Below, one piece after another: positions 23,823 to 39,900 of a stretch of DNA of 64,000 nucleotides. The DNA lies in assembly GCA_964016885.1 (NCBI GenBank), contig OZ024743.1, positions 67,642,001 to 67,706,000 of the forward strand. Direction: 5' to 3'. The notes beneath the pieces were generated by a model. That model was not told where the DNA came from, did no database searches, and saw nothing but the letters and a program-made list of their open reading frames with translations. Each line of letters begins with the position of its first letter. The first letter of the stretch is position 1. A program made the position numbers and the translations under genes. The stretch is from Eledone cirrhosa. Taxonomy: Eukaryota.

Positions 23823-24948
23823 GAATAATGGAAACTAATTTGTAAGATATGATGCATTTCGTTCTTAATTCTCAATGCCTTTACATAGTAAAATCACTTG
23901 AAATACCTCCATATAAAGGAATCAACAATACATTTATATGGAATAGTCACTACAATCGTAGACTAAAAAGTATAGAATTATATATATAATATTCTAAAGA
24001 AATTAAAATTATTTAAGCAAATTTCAGGCACCTCAGGTTTGTAGAAAATTCTTCCAATAATTTGTGCAATTCTTGACCTCGGCCTATATCTGTGAGTATC
24101 TTTGTTGCGATGGAATTATAGCTCACCATTATTGTGTCTTTGTGCATCTTAAGAATGTACATATTCAGTGCAACATGAGAAACCCCTCCCTTTTATTACT
24201 AAAGTTTACAGAAAATTTACACCAATCTGACGGTTTCAAATATAGAAGAAACGGAAGCCTGTTAATAAAATATGTCTGAAACGGCATTACTTCTCTTGTA
24301 AATTTTAAAGACGTTACAATTACACATACACATCTATTCATTTAAGGAGGATTAGAAATAATCATATTTTAAGATATTTGCATTGTTAAGTATGTGTATG
24401 TCGCATAGATATTGGATCGAGAAACACTTCAAAATTCATCATATATGATAATGCAACCTGAGATATCACTACTTCAATGAAAATAGATAGTTCTAAATTA
24501 TTTTGAAATATATCGCTTTATAGTGCATCCATTCTTCTCTTATTCTTTTTGTTAAAGGAAAATACGAAACATCTGATCGTTCTATGTCTGCTATTTTGTT
24601 TTAGACAATGTTTATACGTTATTCATCATCACAAGTAATTTCAAATATTTATAAAATCATTTATTTTATATGGACCAAACTTCATGTCGAGTTACTCGCA
24701 TAGCAGAATATCAAATCATTCTAAGCTTGCGAGTTTGTGGTTTATTCAAGAAATGATCCACATCTAGAAAAAAGTATTTGAAGCTCATATCCATTTTATT
24801 GAGTTATAACTAAGAATTCTATGTCACAATTGGTCGCGATAAATACCTTTCAACTAGTGACCCATTTAAATATTGGGTGGGTTTGTCAATCCCAAGTGAC
24901 GGAGTAATAAATGGAGATAATAGTAAGAGACTATGACTTACGTATACT

Positions 24949-27900
24949 TAACACTGACAAACTATGGTGGCAACAATGACAAACTATGGTGGTAACTCTG
25001 ACAAACTATGGTGGTAACACTGAAAAACTATGGTGGTAACACTGACAAACTATGGTGGTGACACTGACAAACTATAGTGACAACACTGACAAACTATGAT
25101 GGTAACACTGACAGACTATGGTGGAAAAACTGACAGACTATGGTGGTAACACTGACAGACTATGGTGGAAACACTGACAGACTATGGTGGCAACACTGAG
25201 AGACTATGGTGGCAACACTGACAAATTATGATGGTGACACTGACAGACTATGTTGGCATCAATGACAAACTATGGTGGTAACACTGACAAACTATGGTGG
25301 TAACACTGACAGATTATGGTGGTAACACTGACAGATTATGGTGGTAACACTGACAGATTATGGTGGCAACACGGACAAACTATGGTGGTAGCACTGACAG
25401 ACTATGGTGGTAACACTGACAAACTATGTTGGTAACACTGACAGACTATGGTGGTAACACTGACAAAATAAGGTGTTAACACTGACAAAATATGGTGGCA
25501 ACAATGACAAATTATGGTGGTAACACTGACAAACTATGGTGGCAACACTGACATACTATGGTGGTAACACTGACAAACTATGGTGACAACACTGACAAAC
25601 TATGGTGGTAACACTGACAGACTATGGTGGTAACACTGACATACTATGGTGGTAACACTGACAAACTATGGTGGTAACACTGACAGACTATGGTGGTAAC
25701 ACTGACACACTATGGTGGTAACACTGACAAACTATGGTGGTAACACTGAGGGACTATGGTTGTAACGCTGACAAACTATGGTGATAACACTGACAAACTA
25801 TGGTGGTAATACTGACAAACTATGGTGGTAACACTGACAAACTATGGGGACAACACTGACAAACTATGCTGGTAATACTGACAAACTATGGTGGTAACAC
25901 TGACAAACTATGGGGGCAACACTGACAAACTATGCTGGTAATACTGACATACTATGGTGGTAACACTGACAAACTATGGGCACAACACTGACAAACTATG
26001 CTGGTAATACTGACAAACTATGGTGGTAACACTGACAAACTATGGGGACAACACTGACAAACTATGCTGGTAATAGTGACAAACTATGGAGGTAACACTG
26101 ACGGACTATGGTGGTAACACTGATAAAATACGGTGGTAACACTGACATAGTATGGTGGTAACACTGGCAGACTATGGCGGCAACACTGACAAACTATGGT
26201 GGTAACACTGACAAACTATGGTGGTAACACTGACAAATTATGGTGGTAACACTGACAATATGTGGTGGTAACACTGACAGACTATGGTGGTGACACTGAC
26301 AGACTATGGTGGTAACACTGACAAACTATGGTGGTAATACTGACAAACTATTGTGGTAACACTGACAAAATATGGTGACAACACTGACAATCTGTGGTGG
26401 TAACACTGACAGACTATGGTGGTGACACTGACAGACTATGGTGGTAACACTGACAAACTATAGTGGCAACACTGACATACTATGGTTGTAACACTGACAG
26501 ACTATGGTGGTAACACTGACAAACTATGGTGGTAACACAGACAAACTATGGTGGTAACATTGACAGACTATGGTGGTAACACTGACAACTATGGTGGTAA
26601 CATTGACACACTAGGGTGGCAACACTGACAAACTATAGTGGTAACACTGACAGACTATGGTGCTAACACTGACAGACTATGGTGGCAACCATGACAAACT
26701 ATGGTGGTAACACTGACAAACTATGGTGGTAACACTGAAGAACTATGGTGGTAACATTGACACACTATGGTGGCAACACTGACAAACTATGGTGGTAGCA
26801 CTGACAAACTATGTTGCTAACACTGACAGACTATGGTGGTAACACTGAAAGACTATTGTGGTAAAACTGACAGACTAAGGCGGCAACACTGACAGACTAT
26901 GCTGGCAACACTGACAGACTATGGTGGTAACACTGACAAACTATGGTGACAACACTGATAATCTATGGTGGTAACACTGACAAACTGTGGTGGTAACACT
27001 GACAAACTATGGTGGTAACAATGACAAACTATGGTGGTAACACTGACATACTATGGTGGTACCACTGACAAACTATGGTGGCAACACTGACAGACTATGG
27101 TTGTAACACTGACAGACTATGGTGGTAACACTGACAAACTATGGTGGTAACACTGACAGACTATGGTGGTAACACTGACACACTATGGTGGTAACACTGA
27201 CATACTATGGTGGTACCACTGACAAACTATGGTGGCAACACTGACAGACTATGGTGGTAACACTGATAGACTATGTTGGTGACACTGACAAACTATGGTG
27301 GTAACACTGACAGACTATGGTGGTAACACTGACAAACTATGGTGATAACACTGACAGACTATGGTTGTGACACTGACAAACTATGGTGATAACACTGACA
27401 GACTATGGTGGTAACACTGACAGACTATGGTTGTGACACTGACAAACTATGGTGATAACACTGACAAGTTATGGTGGTAACAATGACAAACTATGGTGGT
27501 TACACTGAAAACCTATGGTGGTAACACTGACAAACTATGGTGGTAACACTGACAGATTATGGTGGTAACACTGACAAACTATGGTGGTAACACTGACAGA
27601 CTATGGTGGTAACACTGACACACTATGGTGGTAAGACTGACATACTATGATGGTACCACTGACAAACTATGGTGGTAACACTGACAGACTATGGTGGTAA
27701 CACTGACAGACGATGGTGGTAACACTGACAGACTATGGTGGTAACACTGACAGACTATTGTGGCAAAAGTGACAGACTATGGTGGTAACACTGACACACT
27801 ATGTTGGCAACACTGACAGACTATGGTGGTAACAATTGACAAACTATGGCGGTAACACTGACAAGCTATGGTGGTTATACTGACAATCTCTGTGGTAACA

Positions 27901-30900
27901 ATGACACACTATGGTGGCAACACAGATAGACGATGGTGGTAACACAGACAAACTATGGTGGTAACACTGACATACTATGGTGGTAACACAGACAAACTAT
28001 GGTGGTAACACTGACATACTATGGTGGTAACACAGACAAACTATGGTGGTAACACTGACAATCAATGGTGGTAACACTGACACACTCTGGTGGCAACACT
28101 GGCAGACTATGGTGGTAACACAGACAGACTATGGTGGTAACACTGACAGACTATGGTGGTAACACAGACAAACTATGGTGGTAACACTGACAGACTATGG
28201 TGCTAACACTGACAGACTATGGTGGTAACACTGACAAACTATGGTGGTGATACTGAAAAACTATAGTGGTAAAACTGACAGACTATGGTGGTAACACTGA
28301 CAAACTATGGTGGTGTCACTGTAAAACTATGTTGGTAACACTGACATACTATGGTGGTAACACTGACAGACTATGGTGGTAACACTGACAGACTATGCTG
28401 GCAACACTGACAAACTATGGTGGTAACACTGACAGACTATGGTGGTAACACTGACAGACTATGCTGGCAACACTGACAAACTATGGTGGTAACACTGAAA
28501 TACTATGGTGGCATCACTGACAGACTATGGTGGTAACACTGACAGACTATGGTTGCAACACTGACAAACTATGGTTGTAACACTGACACACTATGGTGGT
28601 AACACTGACATACTATGGTGGTAACACTGACAAACTACGCTGGTAACACTGACACACTGTGGTGGTATCACTGACATACTATGGTGGTAACACTGACAAC
28701 TATGGTGGCAAAACTGACACACTATGGTGGTAACACTGACAACTATGGTGGTAACACTGACAAACTATTGTGGTAAAAATGACAAACTATGGTGGTAACA
28801 CTGACAAACTATAGTGGTAACACTGACAGACTATGGTGGTAAAACTGACAGACTATGGTGGTAACACTGACATACTATGGTGGTAACACTGACAAACTAT
28901 GGTGGTAACACAGACATACTATGGTGGTAACATTGACAGACTATGGTGGTAACACTGACAACTATGGTGGTAACACTGACAAACTATGGTGGTAACAGTG
29001 ACAGACTATGGTCGTAACACTGACAGACTATGGTGGTAACACTGACACACTATTGTGGTAACACTGACAAACTATGGTAGTAACACTGACATACTATGGT
29101 GGCACCACTGACAGACTATGGTGGTAACACAGACAAACTATGGTGGTAACACTGACAAACTATGGTGGTAACACTGACAAACTATGGTGGCAAAACTGAC
29201 ATACTATGGTGGTAACACTGACAGACTATGGTGGTAACACTGACAAACTATGGTGCAACACTGACAATCTATGGTGGTAACACTGACAAACTATGGTGGT
29301 GACACTGACAAACTATGGGAGTAACACTGACAGACTATGGTGGTAACACTGACAGACTATGGGAGTAACACTGACGGACTATGGTGGTAACACTGACAAA
29401 CTATTGTGGTAACACTGACAAACTAGGTTGGTAACACTGAAAAACTATGGTGGTAACAATTTACAAAATATGGCGGTATCACTGACAAACTATGGGAGTA
29501 ACACTGACGGACTATGGTGGTAACAATGACGAACTATGGTGGTAACACTGACAAACTATGGTGGCAACACTGACAAATTATGGTGGTAACACTGAGAAAC
29601 TATGGTGGCAACACTGACAAACTATGTTGGTAACACTGACAGACTATGGTGGTAACACTGACAAAATATGGTGGTAACACTGTCAGACTATGGTGGTAAC
29701 ACTGACATACTATGGCGGCAACACTGACAAAATATGGTGGTAACACTGACAAACTATGGTGGTAACAATGACAAACAATGGTGGTAACACTGACAGACTA
29801 TGGTGGTAACAATGACAAATTATGTTGTTAACACTGACAGACTATGGTGGTAACACTGACACAATATGGTGGTAACACTGACACACTATGGTGGCAACAC
29901 TGACAGAATATGGTGGTAACACTGACAGACTATGGTGGTAAGACTGACAGACTATGGTGGCAACACTGATATACTATGGCAGTAACACTGACAAACTAAG
30001 GTGCTAACACTGACAACCATGGTGGTAACACAGACAACCTATGGTGGTAAAACTGACAATCTATGGTGGTAACACTGACAAACTATGGTGGTAACACTGA
30101 CAAACTATGGTGGTAATACTGACAAACTATGGTGGTAACACTGACAAACTATGGTGGCACCACTGACAAACTGTGGTGGTAACATTGACAAACTATGGTG
30201 GTGACACTGACAAACTATGGTGGTGACACTGTCAGACTATGGTGGTAACACTGACATACTGTGGTGGTAACACTGACGGACTATGGTGGTAACACTGACA
30301 AATTATTGTGGTAACACTGGCAAACTAGGGTGGTAACACTGAAAAACTATGGTGGTAACAATGACAAGATATGGCGGTATCACTGACAAAATATGGTGGT
30401 AACACTGTCAGAGTATGGTGATAACACTGACATACTATGGTGGTAACACTGACGAACTATGGTGGTAACACTGACAAGCTATGGTGGTAACACTGACAAA
30501 TTATGGTGCTAACACTGACAAACTATGGTGGTATCACTGACAAAATATGGTGGTAACACTGTCAGACTATTGTGGTAACACTGACACACTATGGTGGTAA
30601 CACTGACAAACTATGGTGGTAACACTGACAAACTATGGTGGTAACAATGACAAACAATGGTGGTAACTCTGACAGACTATGGTGGTAACAATGACAAATT
30701 ATGGTGGTAACACTGTCAGACTATGGTTATACCACTGACATACTATGGTGGTAACACTGACAAACTATGGTGGTAACACTGATAGACTATGGGGGTAACA
30801 CTGACGGACTATGGTGGTAATACTGACAAACTATGGCGGTAACACTGACAAGCTATGGTGGTAACAATGACATACTATAGTGGTAACACTGACAAACTAT

Positions 30901-33900
30901 GGTGGTGACACTTACACACAATGGTGGCAACACTGACAGACTATGGTGGTAACACTGAGAGACTATGGTGGCAACACTGACAGACTATGGTGGTAAGACT
31001 GACAGACTATGGTGGCAACGCTGACATACTATTGTAGTAACACTGACAAACTATGGTCGTAAGACTGACAAACTAAGGTAGTAACATTCACAGACTATGG
31101 TGGTAACACTGACAGACTATGGTGGCAACACTGACAGACTATGGTGGCAACATTGACATACTATGGTGGCAACACTGACAGACTATGGTGGTAACACAGT
31201 CAAACTATGGTGGTAACAATGACAAACTATGGTGGCAACACTGACATACTATGGTGGTAACACTGACAGACTATGGTGGTAACACTGACAAACTATGGTG
31301 GCAACACTGACAATCTATGGTGGTAACACTGACAAACTATGGTGGTGACACTGACAAACTATGGTGGTGACACTGTCAGACTATGGTGGTAACACTGACA
31401 GACTATGGGGGTAACACTGACGGACTATGGTGGTAACACTGACAAACTATTGTGGTAACACTGACAAACTAGGGTGGTAACACTGAAAAACTATGGTGGT
31501 AAATGACAAAATATGGCGGTATCACTGACAAAATATGGTGGTATAAAATGACATAATATGGTGGTAACACGGACAAACTATGGTTGCAACACTGACAAAC
31601 GATGGTGGTAACACTGACAAACTATAGTGGCAACACTGACAAACTATGGTGGTAACACTGACAGACTATGGGGGTAACACTGACGGACTATGGTGATAAC
31701 ACTGACAAACTATGGTGGTAACACTGACAAACTATGGTGGTAACACTGACATACTATGGTGGTAACACTGACAAACTATGGTGCTAACACTGACAAACTA
31801 TGGTGGTAACACTGACAAACTATGGTGGTATCACTGACAAAATATGGTGGTAACACTGTCATAATATGGTGGTAACACTGACATACTATGGTGGTAACAC
31901 TGACAAACTATGGTGGTAACACTGACAAACCATGGTGGTAACAATGACAAACGATTGTGGTAACACTGACAGACTATGGTGGCAACACAGACAGACTATG
32001 GTGGTAACACTGACAAACTATGGTTGTAACACTGACAAACTATGGTGGTAATACTGAGAGACTATGGTGGTAACACTGACACACTATGGTGGCAACACTG
32101 ACAAACTATGGTGGTAACACTGACAAACTATGGTGGTGACACTGACAAACTATGGTGGTGACACTGTCAGACCATGGTGGTAACACCGACAGACTATGGG
32201 GGTAACACTGACGGACTATGGTGGTAACACTGACAAACTATTGTGGTAACACTGACAAACTAGGGTGTTAACACTGAAAAACTATGGTGGTAGCAATGAC
32301 AAAAGATGGTGGCATCACTGACAAAATATGGTGGTAACACTGTCAGACTATGGTGGTAACACTGACATACTATGGTGGTAACACTGACAAAATATGGTGG
32401 TAACACTGACAGACTATGGGGGTAACACTGACGGACTATGGTGGTAACACTGACAAACTATGGTGCTAACAATGACAAACAATGGTGGTAACACTGACAA
32501 ACTATGGTGGTATCACTGACAAAATATGGTGGTAAAGCTGTCAGACTGTGGTGGTAACAGTGACATAATATGTTGGTAACACTGACAAACTATGGTGGTA
32601 ACAATGACAAACAATGGTGGTAACACTGACAGACTATGGTGGTAACAATGACAAATTATGGCGTTAACACTGACAGACTATGGTGGTAACACTGACAATG
32701 TATGGTGGTAACACTTACACGCTATGGTGGCAACACTGACAGACTATGGTGGTAACACTGACAGACTATGGTGGTAACACTGACAGACTATGGTGGTAAC
32801 ACTGACAATGTATGGTGGTAACACTTACACGCTATGGTGGTAACACTGACAAACTATGGTGGTAACACTGACAAACTATGGTGGTAACACTGACAAACTA
32901 AGGTGCTAACACTGACAACTATTGTGGTAACACTGACAAACTATGGTTGTAACACTGACAAACTATGGTGGTAACACTGACAAACTATGTTGGTAATACT
33001 GACAAAATATGGTGGTAACACTGACAAACTATGGTGGCAACACTGACAAACTATGGTGGTAACAATGACAGACTATGGTGGTAACTCTGACATACTATGG
33101 TAGCAACACTGACAAAGTATGGTGGTAACACTGACAAACTATGGTGGTAACACTTACACACTATGGTGGCAAAACTGACAAACTATGCTGGTAACACTGA
33201 CAAACTATGGTGGTAACACTGACAATCTAGTGTGGTAAAGCTGACAAACTATGGTGGTAACAATGACAAACTATAATGGTGACACTGACAAACTATGGTG
33301 GTGACACTGAAAAACTATAGTGGTAGCACTGACAGACTATGGTGGTAACACTGACAAACTATGGTGGTGTCACGGACAAACTATGTTGGTAACACTGATA
33401 GACGATGGTGGTAAAACTGATATACTATGGTGGTAACACTGACAGACTATGCTGGCAACACTGACAAAATATGGTGGTAACACTGAAATACTATGGTGGT
33501 AAGACTGACAAATTATGGTGGCAGCACTGACAGACTATGGTGCTAACACTGACAGACTATGGTGGTAACACTGACAGACTATGGTGGTAACACTGTCAGA
33601 CTACGGTGGTAACACTGACATACTATGGTGGTAACACTGAAAAACTATGGTGGTAGCAATGACAAAATATGGTGGCACCACTGACAAAATATGGTGGTAA
33701 CACTGTCAGACTATGGTGGTAACACTTACATACTATGGTGGTAACACTGACAAACTATGGTGGTAACACTCACAGACTATAGGGGTAACACTGACGGACT
33801 ATGGTGGTAACACTGACAAACTATGGTGCTAACACTGACAAACTATGGTGGTAACACTGACAAACAATGGTGGTATCACTGACAAAATATGGTGGTAAAA

Positions 33901-36900
33901 TTGTCAGACTATGGTGGTAACAGTGATATAATATGGTGGTAACACTGACAAACTATGGTGGTAACACTGACAGACTATGGTGGCAACACTGACAGACTAT
34001 GGTGGTAAGACTGAGAGACTATGGTGGCACCAATGACATACTATGGTAGTAACACTGACAAACTATGGTGGTAACACTGACAAACTAAGGTGCTAACACT
34101 GACAACTATGGTGGTAACACTGACAACCGATGGTGGTAACACTGACAAACTATGGTGGTAATACTGACAAACTAGGGTGGTAACACTGACATACTATGGA
34201 GGTAACACTGACAAACTATTGTTGTAACACTGACAAACTATGGTGGTAACACTGACATACTATGGTGGTAACACTGACAAACTATGGTGGTAACACTGAC
34301 AAAATATGGTGGTAACACTGACAAACTATGTTGGTAATACTGACAAAATATGGTGGTAACACTGACAAACTATGGTGGCAACCCTGACAAACTATGGTGG
34401 TAACACTTACAAAATATGGTGGTAACACTGACAATCTAGTGTGGTAACACTGACAAACTATGGTGGTAACACTGACAAACTATGGTGGTAACAATGACAA
34501 ACTATAATGGTGACACTGACAAACTATGGTGGTAGCACTGACAGACTATGGTGGTAACACTGACAGAATATGCTGGCAACACTGACAAAATATGGTGGTA
34601 ACACTGAAATACTATGGTGGTAACACTGACAAACTATGGTGGCAGCACTGACAGACTATGGTGGTAACACTGACAGACTATGGTGGTAACACTGACAAAC
34701 TATGGTGGTAACACTGACATACTATGGTGGTAACGCAGACATACTATGGTGGTAACACTGATAAACTATGGTGCTTACACTGACAATCTATGGTGGTAAC
34801 ACTGACAAACTATGGTGGTAACACTGACAATCTATGGTGGTAACACTGACAAACTATGGTGGTAACACTGACATACTATGGTGCTAACACTGACAAACTA
34901 TGGTGGTAACAATGACAAACAATGGTGGTAACACTGACAAACTATGGTGGTAACAATGACAAACTATGGTGGTGTCACTGTAAAACTATGTTGGTAACAC
35001 TGACATACTATGGTGGTAACACTGACAGACTATGCTGCAAACACTGACACACTAGGGTGGTAACACTGATAACTATATTGGTAACACTGACAGACTATGG
35101 TGGTAACACTGACAGACTATGGTGGCAACACTGACAGACTATGGTGGTAACACTGACAGACTATGGTGGCAACACTGACATACTATGGTAGTAACACTGA
35201 CAAACTATGGTGCTAACAATAACAAACTATAATGGTATCACTGACAGACTATGCTGGTAACACGGACAAACTATGGTGGTAACACTGACAATCTATGGTG
35301 GTAACACTGACAAACTATGGTGGTAACACTGACAAACTATGGTGGTAACACTGACAAACTACGGTGGTAACAATGACAAACTATAATGGTAACACTGTCA
35401 AACTATGGTGGTAACAATGACAAACTATGGTGGTAACACTGACAAACTATGGTGGTAACACTGACAGACTATGCTGGCAACACTGACAAAATATGGTGGT
35501 AACACTGAAATACTATGGTGGTAACACTGACAAACTATGGTGCTAACACTGACAAACCTTGGTGGTAACACTGACAAATTATGGTGGTAACACTGACAAA
35601 CAATGGTGGTAACACTGTCAGACCATGGTGGTAACACTAACATACTATGGTGGTAACACTGTCAAACTATGGTGGTAACAATGACAAACAATGGTGGTAA
35701 CACTGCCAGACTATGTTGGCAACACTGACAAACTATAGTGGTAACAGTGACAGACTATGGTGGTAACACTGACAGACTATGGTGGTAACACTGACATACT
35801 ATGGTGGCAACACTGACAAACTATGCTGGTAACACTGACACACTATGGTAGCAAAACTGACACACTATGGTGGTAAAACTGACACACTATGGTGGTAACA
35901 CTGACACACTATGGCGGTAACACTGACAAACTATGGTGGTAACACTGACACACTATGGTGGCAAAACTGACACACTATGGTGGTAACACTGACAACTATG
36001 TTGGTAACACTGACAGACTATGGTGGTAACACTGACAATCTATGGTAGTAACACTGACAAAATATGGTGCTAACAATAACAAACTATGATGGTAACACTG
36101 ACAAACTATGGTGGTAACAATGAAAAACTATAATGGTAACACTGAAAAACAATGGTGGTAACAATGACAAACTATGGTGGTGTCACGGACAAACTATGTT
36201 GGTAACACTGACAGACTATGGTGGTAACACTGACATACTATGGTGGTAACACTGACAGACTATGCTGGCAACACTGACAAAATATGGTGGTAACACTGAA
36301 ATACTATGGTGGTAACACTGACAAACTATGGCGCTAACACTGACAAACCTTGGTGGTAACACTGACAAATTATGGTGGTAACACTGACAAAACTATGGTG
36401 GTAACACTGTCACACCATGGTGGTAACACTGACATACTATGGTGGTAACACTGACAAACTATGGTGGTAACAATGACAAACAATGGTGGTAACACTGCCA
36501 GACTAAGGTGGTACCAATGACAAATTATGGTGTTAACACTGACAGACTATGGTGGAAACACTGACAAACTATGGTGGTAACACTTACACACTATGGTGAC
36601 AAAACTGACAGACTATGGTGGTAACACTGACAGACTATGGTGGCAACAATGAAATACTATGGTGGTAACACTGACAGACTATGGGGGCAACACTGACATA
36701 CTAATGGTAGTAACACTGACAAACTATTGTGGTAACACTGACAAACTATGGTGGTAACACTGACAACTATGGTGGTAAAACTGACAAACTATGGTGGTAA
36801 TACTGACAAACTATGGTGTTAACACTGACATACTATGGTGGTGTCACTGTAAAACTATGTTGGTAACACTGAAATACTATGGTGGTAACACTGACAAACT

Positions 36901-39900
36901 ATGGTGGTAACACTGAAATACTATGGTGGTAACACTGACAAACTATGGTGGTAACACTGACACACTATGGTGGTAACACTGACATACTATGGTGGTAACA
37001 CTGACAAACTATGCTGGTAACACTGACACACTATGGTGGTAAACTGACACACTATGGTGGTAACACTGACAAACTATGGTGGTAACAATGACAAACAATG
37101 GTGGTAACACCGCCAGACTATGGTGGTAACACTGACAAACTATGGTGGTAACAATGACAAACAATGGTGGTAACATTGACAGACTATGGTCGAAACACTG
37201 ACAAACTATGGTGTTAACACTTACACACTATGGTGGCAAAACTGACAAACTATGCTGGTAACACTGAGAAACTACGGCGGTAACACTGACAATATATGGT
37301 GGTAACACTGACAAACTATGGTGATAACACTGACAAACTATGGTGGTAACAATGACAACCTATAATGGTTACACTGACAAACTATGCTGGTGACACTGAA
37401 AAACTATAGTGGTAGCACTGACAGACTCTGGTGGTAACACTGACATACTATGATGGTAACACTGACAAACTATGGTGGTAACAATGACAAACTATGGTGG
37501 TGTCACGGACAAACTATGTTGGTAACACTGACAGACTAAGGTGGTAACACTGACATACTATGGTGGTAACACTGACAGACTATGCTGGCAACACTGACAA
37601 AATATGGTGGTAACACTGAAATACTATGGTGGTAACACTGACAAACTATGGTGGCAGCACTGACAGACTATGGTGGTAACACTGACAAACTATAGTGGTA
37701 ACAGTGACACACTATGGTGGTAACGCTGACATACTATGGTGGTAACACTGATAAACTATGGTGCTAACACTGACAAACTATGGTGGTAACACTGTCAGAC
37801 TACGGTGGTAACACTGACATACTATGGTGGTAACACTGACAAACTATGGTGGTAACACTGACAAACTATGGTGGTAACAATGACAAACAATGGTGGTAAC
37901 ACTGCAAGACTATGTTGTAACAATGGCAAATTATGGTGTTAACACTGACAACTATGGTGGAAAAACTGACAAACAATGGTGGTAACACTGACAAACTATG
38001 GTGGTAATACTGACAAACTATGGTGTTTACACTGACATACTATGGTGGTAACACTGAAAAACTATGATGGTAACACTAACAAACTATGGTGGTGATACTG
38101 AAAAACTATAGTGGTAACACTGACATACTATGGTGGTAACACTGACAGACTATGGTGGTAACACTGACAAACTATGGTGGTAACAATGACAAATTATGGT
38201 GGTGTCACTGTAAAACTATGTTGGTAACACTGACATACTATGGTGGTAACACTGACAGACTATGGTGGTAACACTGACATACTATGCTGGCTACACTGAC
38301 AAACTATGGTGGTAACACTGAAATACTATGGTGGTAACACTGACAAACTATGGTGGCAGCACTGACAGACTATGGTGGTAACACTGACAGACTATGGTGG
38401 GAACACTGACAAACTATGGTGGGAACACTGACACACTATGGTGGTAACATTGACATACTATGGTGGTAACACTGGCAATCTATGGTGGGAACACTGACAA
38501 ACTATGGTGGGAACACTGACAAACTATGGTGGTAACACTGACAGACTATGGTGGTAACACTGACAGACTATGGTGGGAACACTGACACACTACGGTGGTA
38601 AAACTGACACACTATGGTGGTAACACTGACAACTATGGTGGTAATACTGACATACTATGATGGTAACACTGACAAACTATGGTGGTAACACTGACACACT
38701 ATGTTGGTAAAACTGACACACTACGGTGGTAACACTGACACACTATGGTGGTAGCACTGACAAACTATGCTGGTAGCACTGACACACTACGGTGGTAAAA
38801 CTGACACACTATGGCGGTAACACTGACAACTATGTTGGTAATACTGACATACTATGGTGGTAACACTGACAAACTATGGTGGTAACACTGACAGACTATG
38901 GTGGCAACACTGACAAACTATGGTAGTAACACTGACAGACTATGGTGGTAACACTGACAAACTATGTTGGTAACAATGACAAACTATGGTGCTAACACTG
39001 ACAAACTATAGTGGTAACACTGACATACTATGGTGGTAACACTGAAATACTATGGTGGTAACACTGACAGACTATGGTGGCAACACTGACATACTATGGT
39101 GGTAACACTGACAGACTATGGTGGCACCACTGACATACTATGGTAGCAACACTGACAAACTATGTTGGTAACACTGACAATCTATGCTGGTAACACTGAC
39201 AAACTATAGTGGTAACACTGACAAACTATGGTGGTAACACTGACAAACTATGGTGGTAACACTGGCAATCTATGTTGGTAACACTGACAAAATATAGTGG
39301 TAACACTGACAAACTATGCTGGTAACACTGACAATCTATGGTGGTAACTCTGACAAACTATGGTGGTAACACTGACAATCTATGGTGGTAACACTGACAA
39401 ACTATGGTGGTAACACTGACATACTATGGTGCTAACACTGACAAACTATGGTGGTAACAATGACAAACAATGGTGGTAACATTGACAAACTATGGTGGTA
39501 ACAATGACAAACTATGGTGGTGTCACTGTAAAACTATGTTGGTAACACTGACATACTATGGTGGCAACACTGACAAACTATGGTGGTAACACTGACAGAC
39601 TATGCTGCAAACACTGACAAACTATGGTGATAACACAGAAATACTATGGTGGTAACACTGACATACTATGGTGGCAACACTGACAAACTATGGTGGTAAC
39701 ACTGACAGACTATGCTGCAAACACTGACAAACTATGGTGATAACACAGAAATACTATGCTGGTAACACTGACAACCATGGTGGTAAAACTGACAAACAAC
39801 GGTGGTAACACTGACAAACTATGGTGGTGATACTGAAACAATATAGTGGTAACACTGACAGACTATGGTGGTAACAATGACAAACTAGGGTGGTAACAAT

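Noticed and set aside
23880-24948. AT-rich unique-looking segment that might be a decayed DNA transposon or host exon
   Set aside because: No sustained ORF, recognisable motif or terminal repeats by eye.
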